A stretch of 64,000 nucleotides of DNA from Bacteroidota bacterium (GTDB lineage Bacteria; Bacteroidota; Bacteroidia; Bacteroidales; UBA10428), in contig CP065006.1 in the NCBI GenBank assembly GCA_016699695.1, positions 3,229,435-3,293,434 of the forward strand. The letters run 5' to 3'. The notes beneath the pieces were generated by a model. That model saw nothing but the letters and a program-made list of their open reading frames with translations, ran no database searches and had not been told where the DNA came from. The translations under genes and the position numbers were made by a program. Below are positions 52,485-62,873 of the stretch, one piece after another (positions within the stretch are counted from its first letter, which is position 1; each line of letters starts with the position of its first letter).

Positions 52485-52868
52485 TTAGGATTGTTTTGGT
52501 TGATTCAGAGCAATTTCAATTGCTTCACTTATCTCTTTCATATTGAACGGTTTTCGGAAGTATTGATGGATTAGTTTACTTTCCAGTGCATGTGAAATTT
52601 CAAAAGTGATGTCATAACCCGTAAGAATAAAAAAAGCCAGGTTGAAATGTTTATCTCGTGCCTTTCGTATAAATTCCAGCCCATCCATACCTGGCATTCT
52701 CATGTCGCTAACTACAACTGTGATGCTCGGGTCGAGTTCGAGTATTTCCAGTGCCAGTTCTCCGGAAAGAGCAGTGACTACCCTGTAATTCTTCCTGAAA
52801 TTGATTTCAAAAATCTGAAGATTCAGAAGTTCATCGTCGACATAAAGGATGGTAGATTTTTCAGACAT
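52485..52868 (-). CDS. stand-alone response regulator receiver protein (canonical)
   Basis: 127-aa ORF with ILYVDDE (acidic pair), VVVSDMRMPGMDG (phospho-acceptor Asp), FILTGY and YFRKPF (Lys). It lies 10 nt downstream of the kinase gene. Confidence 0.9.
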   Translation of the reverse strand: MSEKSTILYVDDELLNLQIFEINFRKNYRVVTALSGELALEILELDPSITVVVSDMRMPGMDGLEFIRKARDKHFNLAFFILTGYDITFEISHALESKLIHQYFRKPFNMKEISEAIEIALNQPKQS

Positions 52869-52878
52869 AAATTTTGAT

Positions 52879-54675
52879 TTAAACTTGTATTAAAGGTAAT
52901 ACAATTGTGACATCAGTGCCTTTACTTTTTTCAGAATTAAATGCCAATTTTCCATCTAGTTCTGTAATAATGTTGTAGGTAATGGATAAACCAAGGCCTG
53001 TACCTTTTCCGGGCTCTTTGGTAGTAAAAAATGGTTCTGTAATGCGATTTATAATTTGTTTGTCAATGCCCTCGCCGCTATCTGCAAAGAGAATATGAAG
53101 AGAATTGCCTATGATTAACGTTTTAATGGAAATTATTCCTTTTGTCGAAATTGCTTGCTCTGCATTGATTAGGATATTTAAAAATGCCTGGTGCAGTTTA
53201 CCACTGTTACCATAAATTACAGGGTTGGGGCTGCAATATTCTTTTTTTATTTCTATTTTGTTTTTAAACTGGCTTTGTAAAATTTGTAGGCAATTCTCAA
53301 TGATGGCATGTACCTGGCATTTTTCTTTTATCGAATTGCTTTGCCTGCTGAATTGGTTGAGACTCGTAACAATCGCCGAGGCTCTGTCAATACCCTCGCG
53401 GATAGCTTGCAATAAGGTAGTTGATTCATTATTTTTAAGTTCAGGTTGTTCGTTGAAGAATTCCTCGAGACCTGTTAAACCACCCTGAATAAAATTAAGA
53501 GGATTGTTGATTTCATGTGCCACTCCAGCGCTTAAAACTCCAAGTGAAGCCATTTTTTCGGCCTGCATCAGTTGCTCTTGAGCATCTTTGAGTTGCTTGA
53601 GTGTCGATTGTAATTCTTCATTCTGTGCTATGAGCTGTGTATGGCTAAAAGTTAACTGTTGGTTGGCAAGTTCTAATTTTTCGGTACGCTCAGATACCAA
53701 TTGCTCTAATTGGTTCTTGTATAGTTCGAGTTGAAGGGCTGTTTTTTTCTTTTCATCGATGTCGGTGATTACTGCGAGAATTCTGTCCTTACCTAAAATA
53801 AAGGTACGCTTTAACGATATCTCAACCCAGAAAACTCTACCGTTTTTAGCCTGTAACTTCCAATCGGTTTTTTTATTTCCTTTATCGCGAGCGTCTTTTA
53901 TGTGAGTGAGAGCCAATTCCTGAGTGTATCCTTCATTAGCTGCACTGATTGAATGGATAGAAAGGTCCTTAATTTCATTTTGTTCGTATCCAAGGTTCTG
54001 AATCATAGTTTGGTTAACTTCCAGAATGTTTCCTTCCAGATCGTACAGAATAATGGCATCAGCCGTGGCATTAAATATCTCCCGGTAACTTTGTTCGCTT
54101 TCTGCAAGTTCAATATTCTTTCTCTTTAAACTGTCGATAAAAGAAAGAAAGGATTCGTGAAAATTTTTTTCGATAATCAGAATTAAAAATGCCACCATAG
54201 TAGTAATGGTGAGATGTATAAGCCACACATCAAACTGAGTTACGCGATGATTTAAATCGGTTTTAATTTGTAAGGATTCCGTAGAAAAGAAATAGCCAAT
54301 TAGTGTGATGATAATTATACTTAAAAGGTATATAATAACAGTTTTACGTAACCCAAAGATCAGGAAGCAAAAAAAGGGAATAAGCACCATAAGGCGCACA
54401 TTGGCTGCATAAATTCCCGAATGAAAGATGTCTGTAAAAATTAGAGCAAACAAGAGTGTCAACACGGTGACCGATTTTACATACCTGCTTATTTTCTTCC
54501 GGAAAATGGTAATGCCAATCATAATAGCCAATACAAGGCTATCGCTGTAAAAGACCATGCCATATTCAGTTTCCAGATTTATTAAATAGCTCAGGATAAA
54601 AGAGATAATCCCCATTAAACTACCGAATATCAGCAGGGAGTTAATTACCCGATCTATGAGCCGGTCTTCTTCCAA
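52879..54675 (-). CDS. polytopic-membrane PAS sensor histidine kinase
   Basis: 598-aa ORF with about six N-terminal TM helices and a PAS domain ([26 protein letters not shown]). It has H-box [13 protein letters not shown]-box ILINAEQA, G1 DSGEGI and G2 GTGLGLSI. Confidence 0.9.
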   Translation of the reverse strand: MEEDRLIDRVINSLLIFGSLMGIISFILSYLINLETEYGMVFYSDSLVLAIMIGITIFRKKISRYVKSVTVLTLLFALIFTDIFHSGIYAANVRLMVLIPFFCFLIFGLRKTVIIYLLSIIIITLIGYFFSTESLQIKTDLNHRVTQFDVWLIHLTITTMVAFLILIIEKNFHESFLSFIDSLKRKNIELAESEQSYREIFNATADAIILYDLEGNILEVNQTMIQNLGYEQNEIKDLSIHSISAANEGYTQELALTHIKDARDKGNKKTDWKLQAKNGRVFWVEISLKRTFILGKDRILAVITDIDEKKKTALQLELYKNQLEQLVSERTEKLELANQQLTFSHTQLIAQNEELQSTLKQLKDAQEQLMQAEKMASLGVLSAGVAHEINNPLNFIQGGLTGLEEFFNEQPELKNNESTTLLQAIREGIDRASAIVTSLNQFSRQSNSIKEKCQVHAIIENCLQILQSQFKNKIEIKKEYCSPNPVIYGNSGKLHQAFLNILINAEQAISTKGIISIKTLIIGNSLHILFADSGEGIDKQIINRITEPFFTTKEPGKGTGLGLSITYNIITELDGKLAFNSEKSKGTDVTIVLPLIQV

Positions 54676-54836
54676 GTGTTGAGGGATTTGTGTTATTTAA
54701 ATATAATAATAATAAAGTTATTCTGTTACCCTTTTTACCAAAGGATAGTGGATATACTATTTAATTCTGTTGTTGAAAAGGAACCTTATTCTAAAGGTTT
54801 TTATTCAATCTAGATGTTATTTCGTGATACATGCCT

Positions 54837-54844
54837 TACATTTG
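54837..54844 (+). promoter_or_regulatory. Bacteroidota sigma-A -7 box (TAnnTTTG)
   Basis: TACATTTG lies 32 nt upstream of the ATG at 54877. It falls inside the 5' extension of the track ORF, which argues for the shorter start. Confidence 0.5.
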
Positions 54845-54876
54845 CGGCTTTAAAAAAAAGAATAAATAAAAAAACA

Positions 54877-55956
54877 ATGACAGAAAGGAGAATTGAAAAC
54901 CACCATATTGTTTCTGAGACACCTATAATTGCTCCAAATCATTTAAAGGAATTATATCCATTAAACGAAAAGATTATTCATACAGTTTTCAAGGGACAGC
55001 TTGCAGTAAAAGATATTCTCGACCGCAAAGACAAACGTTTGTTAATGGTTGTGGGTCCTTGTTCTATACACGACATTAGTGCAGCAAAAGAATATGCCAG
55101 CAGGTTAAAAAAATTAGCCGATGAACTTGGGGATACGCTTTTGCTCGTGATGCGTGTTTATTTCGAAAAGCCTCGCACTACGGTGGGCTGGTCCGGACTT
55201 ATCAATGATCCGTACCTCGACAACAGTGGTAAAATTGAAGAGGGGCTGAAGCAAGCTCGTGAACTACTCTCATACATTGCCAATCTTGGACTTCCTGCAG
55301 CTGGCGAAGCCCTCGATATTGTTACCCCGCAATACATCCAGGATTTGATTTCGTGGACCGCAATCGGGGCACGTACCACCGAATCGCACAGCCACAGGAA
55401 AATGGCCAGTGGGCTTACTTCGGCAGTAGGGTTTAAAAATGGCACCGATGGAAACATCAATGTGGCTATCAATGCCTTGGAATCGGTGGCTGCCCCGCAT
55501 AGTTTTGTCAGTATCGATCCCGATGGGCATGTGGCTGTGGTGCAAACCAAAGGCAACCCCTATGGACATATTATTTTGCGCGGTGGAAAGTCACCCAACT
55601 ATGCGGCTGCGTTTATTTCGGAATACGAAACCCTTTTATCGCGCTGCGGGCTTGCGGTGAATATTATGGTCGATTGCAGTCATGCCAATAGCAGAAAAAA
55701 AGCAAGTAACCAGTGCGAGGTGCTCGACGATATTGCCGGACAGATTGAAACCGGAAACCAATCTATAATTGGCGTGATGATAGAAAGCAACCTGAAGGCC
55801 GGCAAACAACTCATTCCTGCCGATTTATCGATGCTACAATATGGTGTATCGGTAACCGACGAATGCATCGACTGGGAAACAACGGAATCAATACTTCGTA
55901 GTTTTGCGGCCAGGGTAAAGCCTTACCTTCCTGGTAGAATAGAATTGGAGAGCTAA
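54877..55956 (+). CDS. aroG: 3-deoxy-7-phosphoheptulonate (DAHP) synthase, class I
   Basis: 359 aa from the ATG at 54877. LLMVVGPCSIHD, KPRTTVGWSGLINDP and IMVDCSHANS motifs are class I-alpha signatures. The paralogue type (F/G/H) is not resolvable by eye. Confidence 0.9.
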   Translation: MTERRIENHHIVSETPIIAPNHLKELYPLNEKIIHTVFKGQLAVKDILDRKDKRLLMVVGPCSIHDISAAKEYASRLKKLADELGDTLLLVMRVYFEKPRTTVGWSGLINDPYLDNSGKIEEGLKQARELLSYIANLGLPAAGEALDIVTPQYIQDLISWTAIGARTTESHSHRKMASGLTSAVGFKNGTDGNINVAINALESVAAPHSFVSIDPDGHVAVVQTKGNPYGHIILRGGKSPNYAAAFISEYETLLSRCGLAVNIMVDCSHANSRKKASNQCEVLDDIAGQIETGNQSIIGVMIESNLKAGKQLIPADLSMLQYGVSVTDECIDWETTESILRSFAARVKPYLPGRIELES

Positions 55957-56050
55957 TCGTTCAGGCGGATAGGGTGTTTTTATTTTTTTGCATGAACACT
56001 AAAGCCAACCGGGTGTTTATATTTCGTTTTGCATCCAAGCTATTTCGTGA

Positions 56051-57826
56051 ATGAATTCAGAAACTCCCAGGAAAAAAATTAGTCTTTCGGGACTAAAAGA
56101 ACTCTTTAAACTATATCGCTTTATACGGCCCTACCGCAGGGAATATGCCCTTGGCATGCTTCTGCTGCTGATTAGTAGCGCGGCTAGTCTTGCTTTTCCT
56201 AAATTGCTTGGCGATCTGGTGGACATCGGTCAGGCCGGCATGATCAAGGAGCAGATTAACCGAATAGGATTGTTGTTGGTTGTAGTGTTGCTTTTACAGG
56301 CAACGGCTTCTTACTTCAGGATATTATTGTTTGTAAGGGTAACAGAAAAAACCCTCGCCGATTTACGGCGCAAGGTTTATAACCATTTAATTCGTTTACC
56401 GCTTAAATTTTTTCAGGGACGAAGGGTGGGCGAGCTGAATAGTCGCCTATCGGCTGATATTTCCCTGCTTCAGGATGCTATGACCACTACTCTGGCAGAA
56501 TTTATCAGGCAGATTTTGATTATTGTGGGTGGCATAAGCCTGTTGATGTTTACTTCTATGAAGCTTACCCTTTTTATGTTGGCGGTTTTGCCAGTGGTAA
56601 TGGTGCTGGTGATATTTTTTGGACGCTACATACGAAAGTTGTCGAAAGAAGCCCAGAACCAGGTGGCCGAATCGAATGTGGTGGTGGAAGAAACTCTACA
56701 AGGTATTCAATCGGTAAAATCATTTACCAACGAATATCACGAAATGGATCGCTATCGGGAAATAACCGGAAAGATTGCCCAAACCGGTATACAGAACGGA
56801 CGCATGCAGGGTGCTTTTTCGTCCTTCATCATACTAGGTCTCTTCGGGGCCATGGTGGCAGTTATCTGGAAAGGAGCTGACCTCTTAGGAAAAGGAGAAC
56901 TGCAAACCGGAGAGCTGTTTTCGTTTATTATCTATTCAGGCTTTATTGGTGGCACCATTGGTGGCCTGGCAAGTGTATTGGGTCGTGTGCAGAAATTTGT
57001 GGGAGCCACAGAAAATTTACTCGAAATCTTGGATGAAAAGGAAGAAACGGTTCAGGAAAATCTTGCATTGGTTCCCGAGCAAACCATCAAAGGTCGTATA
57101 CGTTTTGATAACCTGCGTTTCGAATACCCTTCGCGCTTAGGTACGGATGTGTTAACTGAAATTAGTTTTTCTGTCGAGCCCAATAACCTTATTGCCCTGG
57201 TAGGGCCCAGTGGTGCCGGCAAATCGACTCTTGTTTCGCTATTGATGCGCCTTTACGAACCCAGTTCGGGCCGTATTCTGTTTGATGGGAAAGAGTCGAC
57301 ACAGTATTCCTTAACGGCATTGCGTTCGCAAATGGCTGTAGTGCCTCAAGATATCTTTTTGTTTGGAGGTACCATTGCCGAAAACATTGCCTATGGACGA
57401 TGGGGAGCCAGCCATGATGAGATTGTAGAGGCTGCTAAGCAGGCTAATGCCTGGCAATTTATTTCGGAAATGAAGGATGGACTGGAAACCCTTGTAGGCG
57501 AGCGGGGTACGCAATTATCCGGAGGTCAGAGGCAACGCATTGCCATTGCCCGTGCTTTGTTGAAAAACCCGCAGATACTCATTCTCGATGAGGCCACCTC
57601 CTCGCTCGATTCTGAATCGGAACGTCTGGTTCAGGAAGCTCTGGAAAAATTGATGCAGGGACGCACTTCTATTGTCATTGCGCACAGGCTGGCAACCATT
57701 CGCAGAGCCGATAATATTATTGTGCTCGACAAAGGTCGCATAGTTGAACAGGGTACCCACGAACACCTCATGAAGCTAGACAAGGGCGTTTACCGAGGTT
57801 TAAGTGAGCTCCAGTTTGCAGTGTAG
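56051..57826 (+). CDS. ABC transporter, fused permease/ATPase (MsbA/multidrug-exporter type)
   Basis: 591-aa ORF with a six-helix type-I exporter TMD. It has Walker A GPSGAGKST, signature LSGGQRQR and Walker B ILILDEATS. There is no N-terminal C39 peptidase domain. Confidence 0.9.
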   Translation: MNSETPRKKISLSGLKELFKLYRFIRPYRREYALGMLLLLISSAASLAFPKLLGDLVDIGQAGMIKEQINRIGLLLVVVLLLQATASYFRILLFVRVTEKTLADLRRKVYNHLIRLPLKFFQGRRVGELNSRLSADISLLQDAMTTTLAEFIRQILIIVGGISLLMFTSMKLTLFMLAVLPVVMVLVIFFGRYIRKLSKEAQNQVAESNVVVEETLQGIQSVKSFTNEYHEMDRYREITGKIAQTGIQNGRMQGAFSSFIILGLFGAMVAVIWKGADLLGKGELQTGELFSFIIYSGFIGGTIGGLASVLGRVQKFVGATENLLEILDEKEETVQENLALVPEQTIKGRIRFDNLRFEYPSRLGTDVLTEISFSVEPNNLIALVGPSGAGKSTLVSLLMRLYEPSSGRILFDGKESTQYSLTALRSQMAVVPQDIFLFGGTIAENIAYGRWGASHDEIVEAAKQANAWQFISEMKDGLETLVGERGTQLSGGQRQRIAIARALLKNPQILILDEATSSLDSESERLVQEALEKLMQGRTSIVIAHRLATIRRADNIIVLDKGRIVEQGTHEHLMKLDKGVYRGLSELQFAV

Positions 57827-57834
57827 AAAAATGC

Positions 57835-59817
57835 CTAATACTCGCATTTAGTATTGTAGTAGGTAAACGAGTTTTTCGGAGCCAGACTTAAATCGCTCCA
57901 AACATTGTAAAAATTAAAAAATCCCTTTTCATTCAGCATAACCTCCTGGGCCTCGGCAGTGCCCAATAACCTCAATTGCTTACCAGAAGAAGTGTAAATG
58001 CCAAATGCCATCTTGAAGCCGGGAGCTACGCCTGTCCACTTATAATTGAGCAACAATCCCTGCTCGGTGCGCTTGTATGAATAATGCAGTACCGGTAAAT
58101 CGGTTTCGTAAAGGAATTTTGCAAAGAAAGCAGAGTAATCATCTTTTGCGTAATGATTGACAAACTGGATAAAAGTTTCAGTATCTACTATCTTTGATTG
58201 GTAGGTCAGATAAAAATCTTTGATAAGGGCTTTAAACAGCGAATCGTTATGCATGGTAGCTCTTAGGCTATGTAAAACTGTGGCACCTTTTACATAAATA
58301 TCTCCTCCGGCAAAGGCATCTTCGTTAACACCTCGGTTTTGCACCATGGGCCAGAAATTAAATATTCCTTGAATATGATGCTGCAATTCTTTTTCGGCTT
58401 CGGTATACCCCAGTTTTTCTTCCAGAAACAGATATTCGGCATAGGTGGCAAAGCCTTCGTGTATCCAGGCATCGGCCATATCACCTGCAGTAACCGAATT
58501 ACCCCACCACTCGTGGGCAGCTTCGTGCACAATAATGTAGTCATAGGATTTGCACAAATAGGCCGAAGCATTTTTTTCGTTGCTATAGGCATTGCCATAG
58601 GCAATGGCGGTTTGGTGCTCCATTCCTTCGTAAGGGGCTTCTATCATGCGAAAATTGTCTTTCCAGAAGGGAAATGGGCCGAATGCACGGTTATAAAAAT
58701 CAACTACCTCACGTGCCTGCGTAAAATGTGCTTTTGCAATTTCGAGGTTCTTTGGCAAAACATGGTAACGGGCCACCAAAGTATCATTCAGACTCAATAT
58801 GGTATCGGTAAACTCAGCAAAACGACCCATGTAAAAAGTGGCGTTATAATTGTTAATGGGGTACTGCACAAACCATTCGTATCGGGTATAGCCATCTCCG
58901 GCATCGACCACTTGCCGTAGTGTGCCGTTGCATACTGCCTGGTATTTGTCGGGTACTTCGATATGAATAGCCATTGAGTCGGGCCGGTCGGTCAGATGGT
59001 CTTTAGTGGGCCACCACACACTGGCGCCAAGATGTTCGCAGGCTACCCCAACAAAGTAATTGAATAAGCTGTCGCGCTTCCAGACAAACCCACCATCCCA
59101 CGGTGGTTTGGGCGCTATGCGAGGCTTCCCATGATAGTAGACACGAATTTTATGGTTGGAAGCAAGTTTCAATTCATTGGGGAATTCGATCCATATAGCA
59201 TCGTATTCGCGGGAAAAACCCAACTTTTTTTTGCCATACACAATGCTGTCGATCACCATATTCTCGAACAAGTCGAGCTGGATACGCCGGGAAGGGTTGA
59301 GTATTCTAAAGTGAATTTCATTGTAGCCTCTAATACTTCTACTCGGAGGCAAAATTCTTATTTGTAGCTTATAGTAAGTCACATCAAAACAAGTACGCTC
59401 AGGTCTTAGTGCGCCTCGCAGGGTATCCTTTCTGGTATAATAGGGCCGGTAGGAATTTTCAGAATCAAGGGGTACTTTTGTGTAAAAATGTTTTTTTAGC
59501 AGATCGTACTTATAGTCTTCGTTGCAATAATAGTTAAGCAGTCCTTTGTTTACCTTATAACCAAGTCTGTTTGCCTCAGTAAAACTCTCGCATGCCCCCT
59601 CCATGTCGCCCAGTTGAAACAAGGCCAGTCCTTTGTTGTAATGCAGATTCTCATTCTCTGGATAGGATTTTAACAAATTACTTGTTACCTCAAGTCCAGT
59701 ATGCCAATCGCCCTCCTTCAGTGCTTGTACGCTTAGTTCAAACGCACTGTTTATACTGGTTTGGCCAAAAACAGGGCTCAGCGCGAGCAGACAAAAAACT
59801 ATACTTAAGTACTTCAT
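57835..59817 (-). CDS. M1-family zinc metallopeptidase with an N-terminal TPR-like module
   Basis: 660-aa ORF with a signal peptide and an N-terminal TPR-like segment (NENLHYNKGLALFQLGDMEGACESFTEA). It has HEXXH (HEAAHEWWGN) plus the downstream Glu motif WIHEGFATY. Confidence 0.85.
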   Translation of the reverse strand: MKYLSIVFCLLALSPVFGQTSINSAFELSVQALKEGDWHTGLEVTSNLLKSYPENENLHYNKGLALFQLGDMEGACESFTEANRLGYKVNKGLLNYYCNEDYKYDLLKKHFYTKVPLDSENSYRPYYTRKDTLRGALRPERTCFDVTYYKLQIRILPPSRSIRGYNEIHFRILNPSRRIQLDLFENMVIDSIVYGKKKLGFSREYDAIWIEFPNELKLASNHKIRVYYHGKPRIAPKPPWDGGFVWKRDSLFNYFVGVACEHLGASVWWPTKDHLTDRPDSMAIHIEVPDKYQAVCNGTLRQVVDAGDGYTRYEWFVQYPINNYNATFYMGRFAEFTDTILSLNDTLVARYHVLPKNLEIAKAHFTQAREVVDFYNRAFGPFPFWKDNFRMIEAPYEGMEHQTAIAYGNAYSNEKNASAYLCKSYDYIIVHEAAHEWWGNSVTAGDMADAWIHEGFATYAEYLFLEEKLGYTEAEKELQHHIQGIFNFWPMVQNRGVNEDAFAGGDIYVKGATVLHSLRATMHNDSLFKALIKDFYLTYQSKIVDTETFIQFVNHYAKDDYSAFFAKFLYETDLPVLHYSYKRTEQGLLLNYKWTGVAPGFKMAFGIYTSSGKQLRLLGTAEAQEVMLNEKGFFNFYNVWSDLSLAPKNSFTYYNTKCEY

Positions 59818-59898
59818 GTAAAGGTGTTTGATTAGAATAAACCAGTTTTAATTTTTATCCCAACCCGATTTGAAATCAAATTGAGCCAATATCCTTTA

Positions 59899-61290
59899 TT
59901 AAAGGTTTCCCTTAACAGGCAAGGTAAAGCTCATTGTACTGCCCTTGCCAGGAATACTTTTGATATGGATAACTCCATTGTTTTTCTCGATAAACTCTTT
60001 ACAGATTACCAATCCCAATCCGGTGCCTTTTTCTTTTTCGGTTCCAAGTTTTAACAATCCCTTTTCTACCCTGAAAAGCCTGCTGATTTCTTCCCCGGTC
60101 ATCCCCGTACCTGTGTCTGTAATGCTTAGTTCGATTTCGTTGTTGTTTTTGTCGGTACAATGTATACTTACTTTTCCTTTTCGGGGTGTAAATTTAAGTG
60201 CATTCGAGATAAGGTTGCGTAAGACGATTGAGAGGAGGTGTTTGTCGGCAAAAACCTGTATTTCTTTATGGAGCGTGTTGTACAGCTCGATTTGTTTTTT
60301 ATCGCGCAGAAATTCATTGAATTGAAATGCTTCTTCGACCATGGAATAAAGGTTAAGGTATTCTGGACAAACCTTCAGGTGACCTGTTTGTGCTCGCGAC
60401 CATTCCAGAAGGTTCTCGAGCAAAACAGAGGTATTTTGCGATGTGCTGAACAAACTTGAAATGTAGGATTCCAGTTGATCTTTTGGAATGTCTGATGTAT
60501 CATTCATCATTAATTTCAGGAGGGCATTCATACTGGTAATGGGGCTTCTGAGGTCGTGGGCTATCACCGAGTAAATTTTTCCTTTAATGAGGTTCGAATT
60601 ATTTATTTCGTTTTGTTGAAGGCGAAGTTCTTCCAGTTGCTGGGCCAGTTGCTGGTTTAGTTGAAGCAATTCAGTTTTTTGCTGTTCAATCTGAAAGTTG
60701 GTTTGCTGAAGTTGGTATTCTTTTTTCTCTGCCAGCCGGTGAAAGATAATTATAGAGATTGTAGCTCCTATATAGCTTATCAGTATGGTAAAGCCAATGG
60801 TGATGGCATTAAATTCATCGGGGAGTGTATTGTCGGGTTTTGTTGAGAATTCGAAAAAATGAAAAAAAACAAACAAAAAGAGGTTAAGCAGATAAAAAAG
60901 AATGATCAGGTATTTTTCTTTTACCGACCAGATATAAATGGGAATAATGGCAAACAGCAAAAAAAGGATGTGAGAACCGTTTTCAGTTCCACCTTTTTTT
61001 AAAATCAATAGAAGCATGATTAGGGTATCAAAAGAAGCCACATAAAACTTTGCCAAATGATGCAATTTCAGCCTGTTCAATAAAACGGGAGTCAGGCTTA
61101 GGATGGTAAATATTGCCAGCATCAGATTCCGTTGGAGCATTAACTCAAAATCGATAAGGCTGTAATAAACAATAAAACCAGCTAATGAAAAGCCTGAAAT
61201 AATACTGATGGAATTGCTCAGCCTTATTCTTCGCTGTTCGTTCTGTGAGCTTAAATCGTTCAGACTTTTATTTTCGATATCAGGTTTCAT
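59899..61290 (-). CDS. polytopic-membrane sensor histidine kinase
   Basis: 463-aa ORF with about six TM helices and a coiled coil. It has H-box IAHDLRSPITSM, N-box LISNALKFT, G1 DTGTGM and G2 GTGLGLVICKEF. Confidence 0.9.
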   Translation of the reverse strand: MKPDIENKSLNDLSSQNEQRRIRLSNSISIISGFSLAGFIVYYSLIDFELMLQRNLMLAIFTILSLTPVLLNRLKLHHLAKFYVASFDTLIMLLLILKKGGTENGSHILFLLFAIIPIYIWSVKEKYLIILFYLLNLFLFVFFHFFEFSTKPDNTLPDEFNAITIGFTILISYIGATISIIIFHRLAEKKEYQLQQTNFQIEQQKTELLQLNQQLAQQLEELRLQQNEINNSNLIKGKIYSVIAHDLRSPITSMNALLKLMMNDTSDIPKDQLESYISSLFSTSQNTSVLLENLLEWSRAQTGHLKVCPEYLNLYSMVEEAFQFNEFLRDKKQIELYNTLHKEIQVFADKHLLSIVLRNLISNALKFTPRKGKVSIHCTDKNNNEIELSITDTGTGMTGEEISRLFRVEKGLLKLGTEKEKGTGLGLVICKEFIEKNNGVIHIKSIPGKGSTMSFTLPVKGNL

Positions 61291-61489
61291 GGTTCTCTTG
61301 CCTTTTCACTAATCAACTTTGTACTATCTGAAAACGTATCTTCCGTTTATTCTGCTTGCTGATTCACTCACATTATGTGAAAGTACATTTTAAATATACA
61401 CATTCTGCTTACAAATTAAAACCTGTGATTAAAAAATTACCCTGCTGATGGATTTTATTTACTATGGAAAGGGTTATTTTATCAAGGCA

Positions 61490-61497
61490 TAACTTTG
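61490..61497 (+). promoter_or_regulatory. Bacteroidota sigma-A -7 box (TAnnTTTG), distal
   Basis: TAACTTTG lies 152 nt upstream of the ATG at 61650. Confidence 0.3.
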
Positions 61498-61528
61498 ATA
61501 TTCCAATCCCTTTCATTCGGAAATGTGC

Positions 61529-61536
61529 TATATTTG
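61529..61536 (+). promoter_or_regulatory. Bacteroidota sigma-A -7 box (TAnnTTTG), proximal
   Basis: TATATTTG lies 113 nt upstream of the ATG at 61650. The implied leader contains two small hairpins (aacga-gcatgat-tcgtt; gatga-aaat-tcatc). Confidence 0.35.
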
Positions 61537-61649
61537 ATAAAAATCTAATTCACCATTTTTTATGAAACGAGCATGATTCGTTAAACACAAACAAGGATGA
61601 AAATTCATCATGCGAGTTCCATCCGACCCTATTAAATAATTATTTACGG

Positions 61650-62741
61650 ATGAAAACATATTCTTTGTTAAGCCTGCTTTTTTTCTCTTTGTTGTTATCG
61701 TGCAAATCTACCACAGAGGGTTTTAAAATCGAAGGCGAAATACAGGGTTTGAAACCCAGTGAAATAGTTTATCTATATGACAATAGCAGTAAAACTTATA
61801 TCGATTCCACTACTTCAGAAAAGAGTAAGTTTGAATTTACAGGAACAGTGGCAGAACCATCGCTCTATTATGTAATTGTAAAGCGACCAGCTGGCGATGT
61901 GAGATATAAAGCTTTTTGGGTCGAAAACAACCTTATTTCTATTTCGGGTGATATTGCGAAGCTCAACGATGCCATAGTTTCTGGTTCTGAAATGCAGCGG
62001 CAGGAAGATATTTATCTTGCGCAGGTAAAATACATCTACAACGAACTTGCCCGTCTCGAAGCCATCTATAATCCGGATGATATTGCCTTGGCCGAAAAGC
62101 TCGATGCCCAGTTCGATTCACTTCTCGCACTCGAAGACAAGGAAAAAGTGAAGTATATCCGGCAGTTTCCCGATTATATTTATTCTGCTTACCTTGCCAA
62201 GCGGGTTGTCCGAAGCTTGAACCACACCGAGGGTGAGGCTCTTTATGCCAGCCTATCGGCTGATATGCAGACAAGTAAATATGGTGTAAATGTAAAGGAG
62301 TATCTGGAGCTAAGTAAGGACCTGGGCATAGGAAGCCAGTCCGTTGAATTAAGTTTGCCAGATGCGAGCGGTAACATGGTGAACCTTTCTTCACTTGCGG
62401 GTAAATATGTGTTAATCGATTTCTGGGCTTCGTGGTGTGGTCCCTGCCGCAGGGAAAGTCCATTTTTACGGGCAGCCTATGAGCAATTTCAGGACAAAGG
62501 ATTTGAAATATATGGTGTGTCTATTGACAACGATACTACCAAATGGAAAGAAGCAATGGCACAGGACCAAATGACCTGGATTGGTGTACATGCCACAGGA
62601 GCATTCGACAGCCAGGCTGCTATGATGTACGGAGTGAAATACATCCCATTTAATTACCTGATCGATCGTGAAGGAAAAGTAATAGCCATGCACCTGCGAG
62701 GGGAGAAACTCATTGAAACCTTGGATAATTTGCTAAAATAG
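61650..62741 (+). CDS. TlpA-family thiol-disulfide oxidoreductase lipoprotein (DUF4369-like N-domain plus thioredoxin fold)
   Basis: 363-aa ORF with a lipoprotein signal (LLFFSLLLSC). The C-terminal thioredoxin-like domain carries the WASWCGPC active site. Confidence 0.85.
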   Translation: MKTYSLLSLLFFSLLLSCKSTTEGFKIEGEIQGLKPSEIVYLYDNSSKTYIDSTTSEKSKFEFTGTVAEPSLYYVIVKRPAGDVRYKAFWVENNLISISGDIAKLNDAIVSGSEMQRQEDIYLAQVKYIYNELARLEAIYNPDDIALAEKLDAQFDSLLALEDKEKVKYIRQFPDYIYSAYLAKRVVRSLNHTEGEALYASLSADMQTSKYGVNVKEYLELSKDLGIGSQSVELSLPDASGNMVNLSSLAGKYVLIDFWASWCGPCRRESPFLRAAYEQFQDKGFEIYGVSIDNDTTKWKEAMAQDQMTWIGVHATGAFDSQAAMMYGVKYIPFNYLIDREGKVIAMHLRGEKLIETLDNLLK

Positions 62742-62811
62742 GCTTCGCATTTCCCAATAAATACTGGCTCGGTTGGTTGCTATTTTCTCAAAAATATAAA
62801 AATAGGTAATG

Positions 62812-62835
62812 ACACTGTAAAAATCAGTGTTTTTC
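62812..62835 (+). terminator. candidate rho-independent terminator
   Basis: The stem pairs acactg with cagtgt, with loop taaaaat and a following ttttt. Confidence 0.5.
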
Positions 62836-62873
62836 ATTCCTGTCTATGCTAGCTTCGTTTAAAAGCCTATCCG

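Noticed and set aside
56051-57826. The ABC exporter as the dedicated processing transporter for the GG-leader peptide.
   Set aside because: It starts directly with the transmembrane domain and has no N-terminal C39 peptidase domain. It is 33 kb away in a housekeeping context next to aroG.
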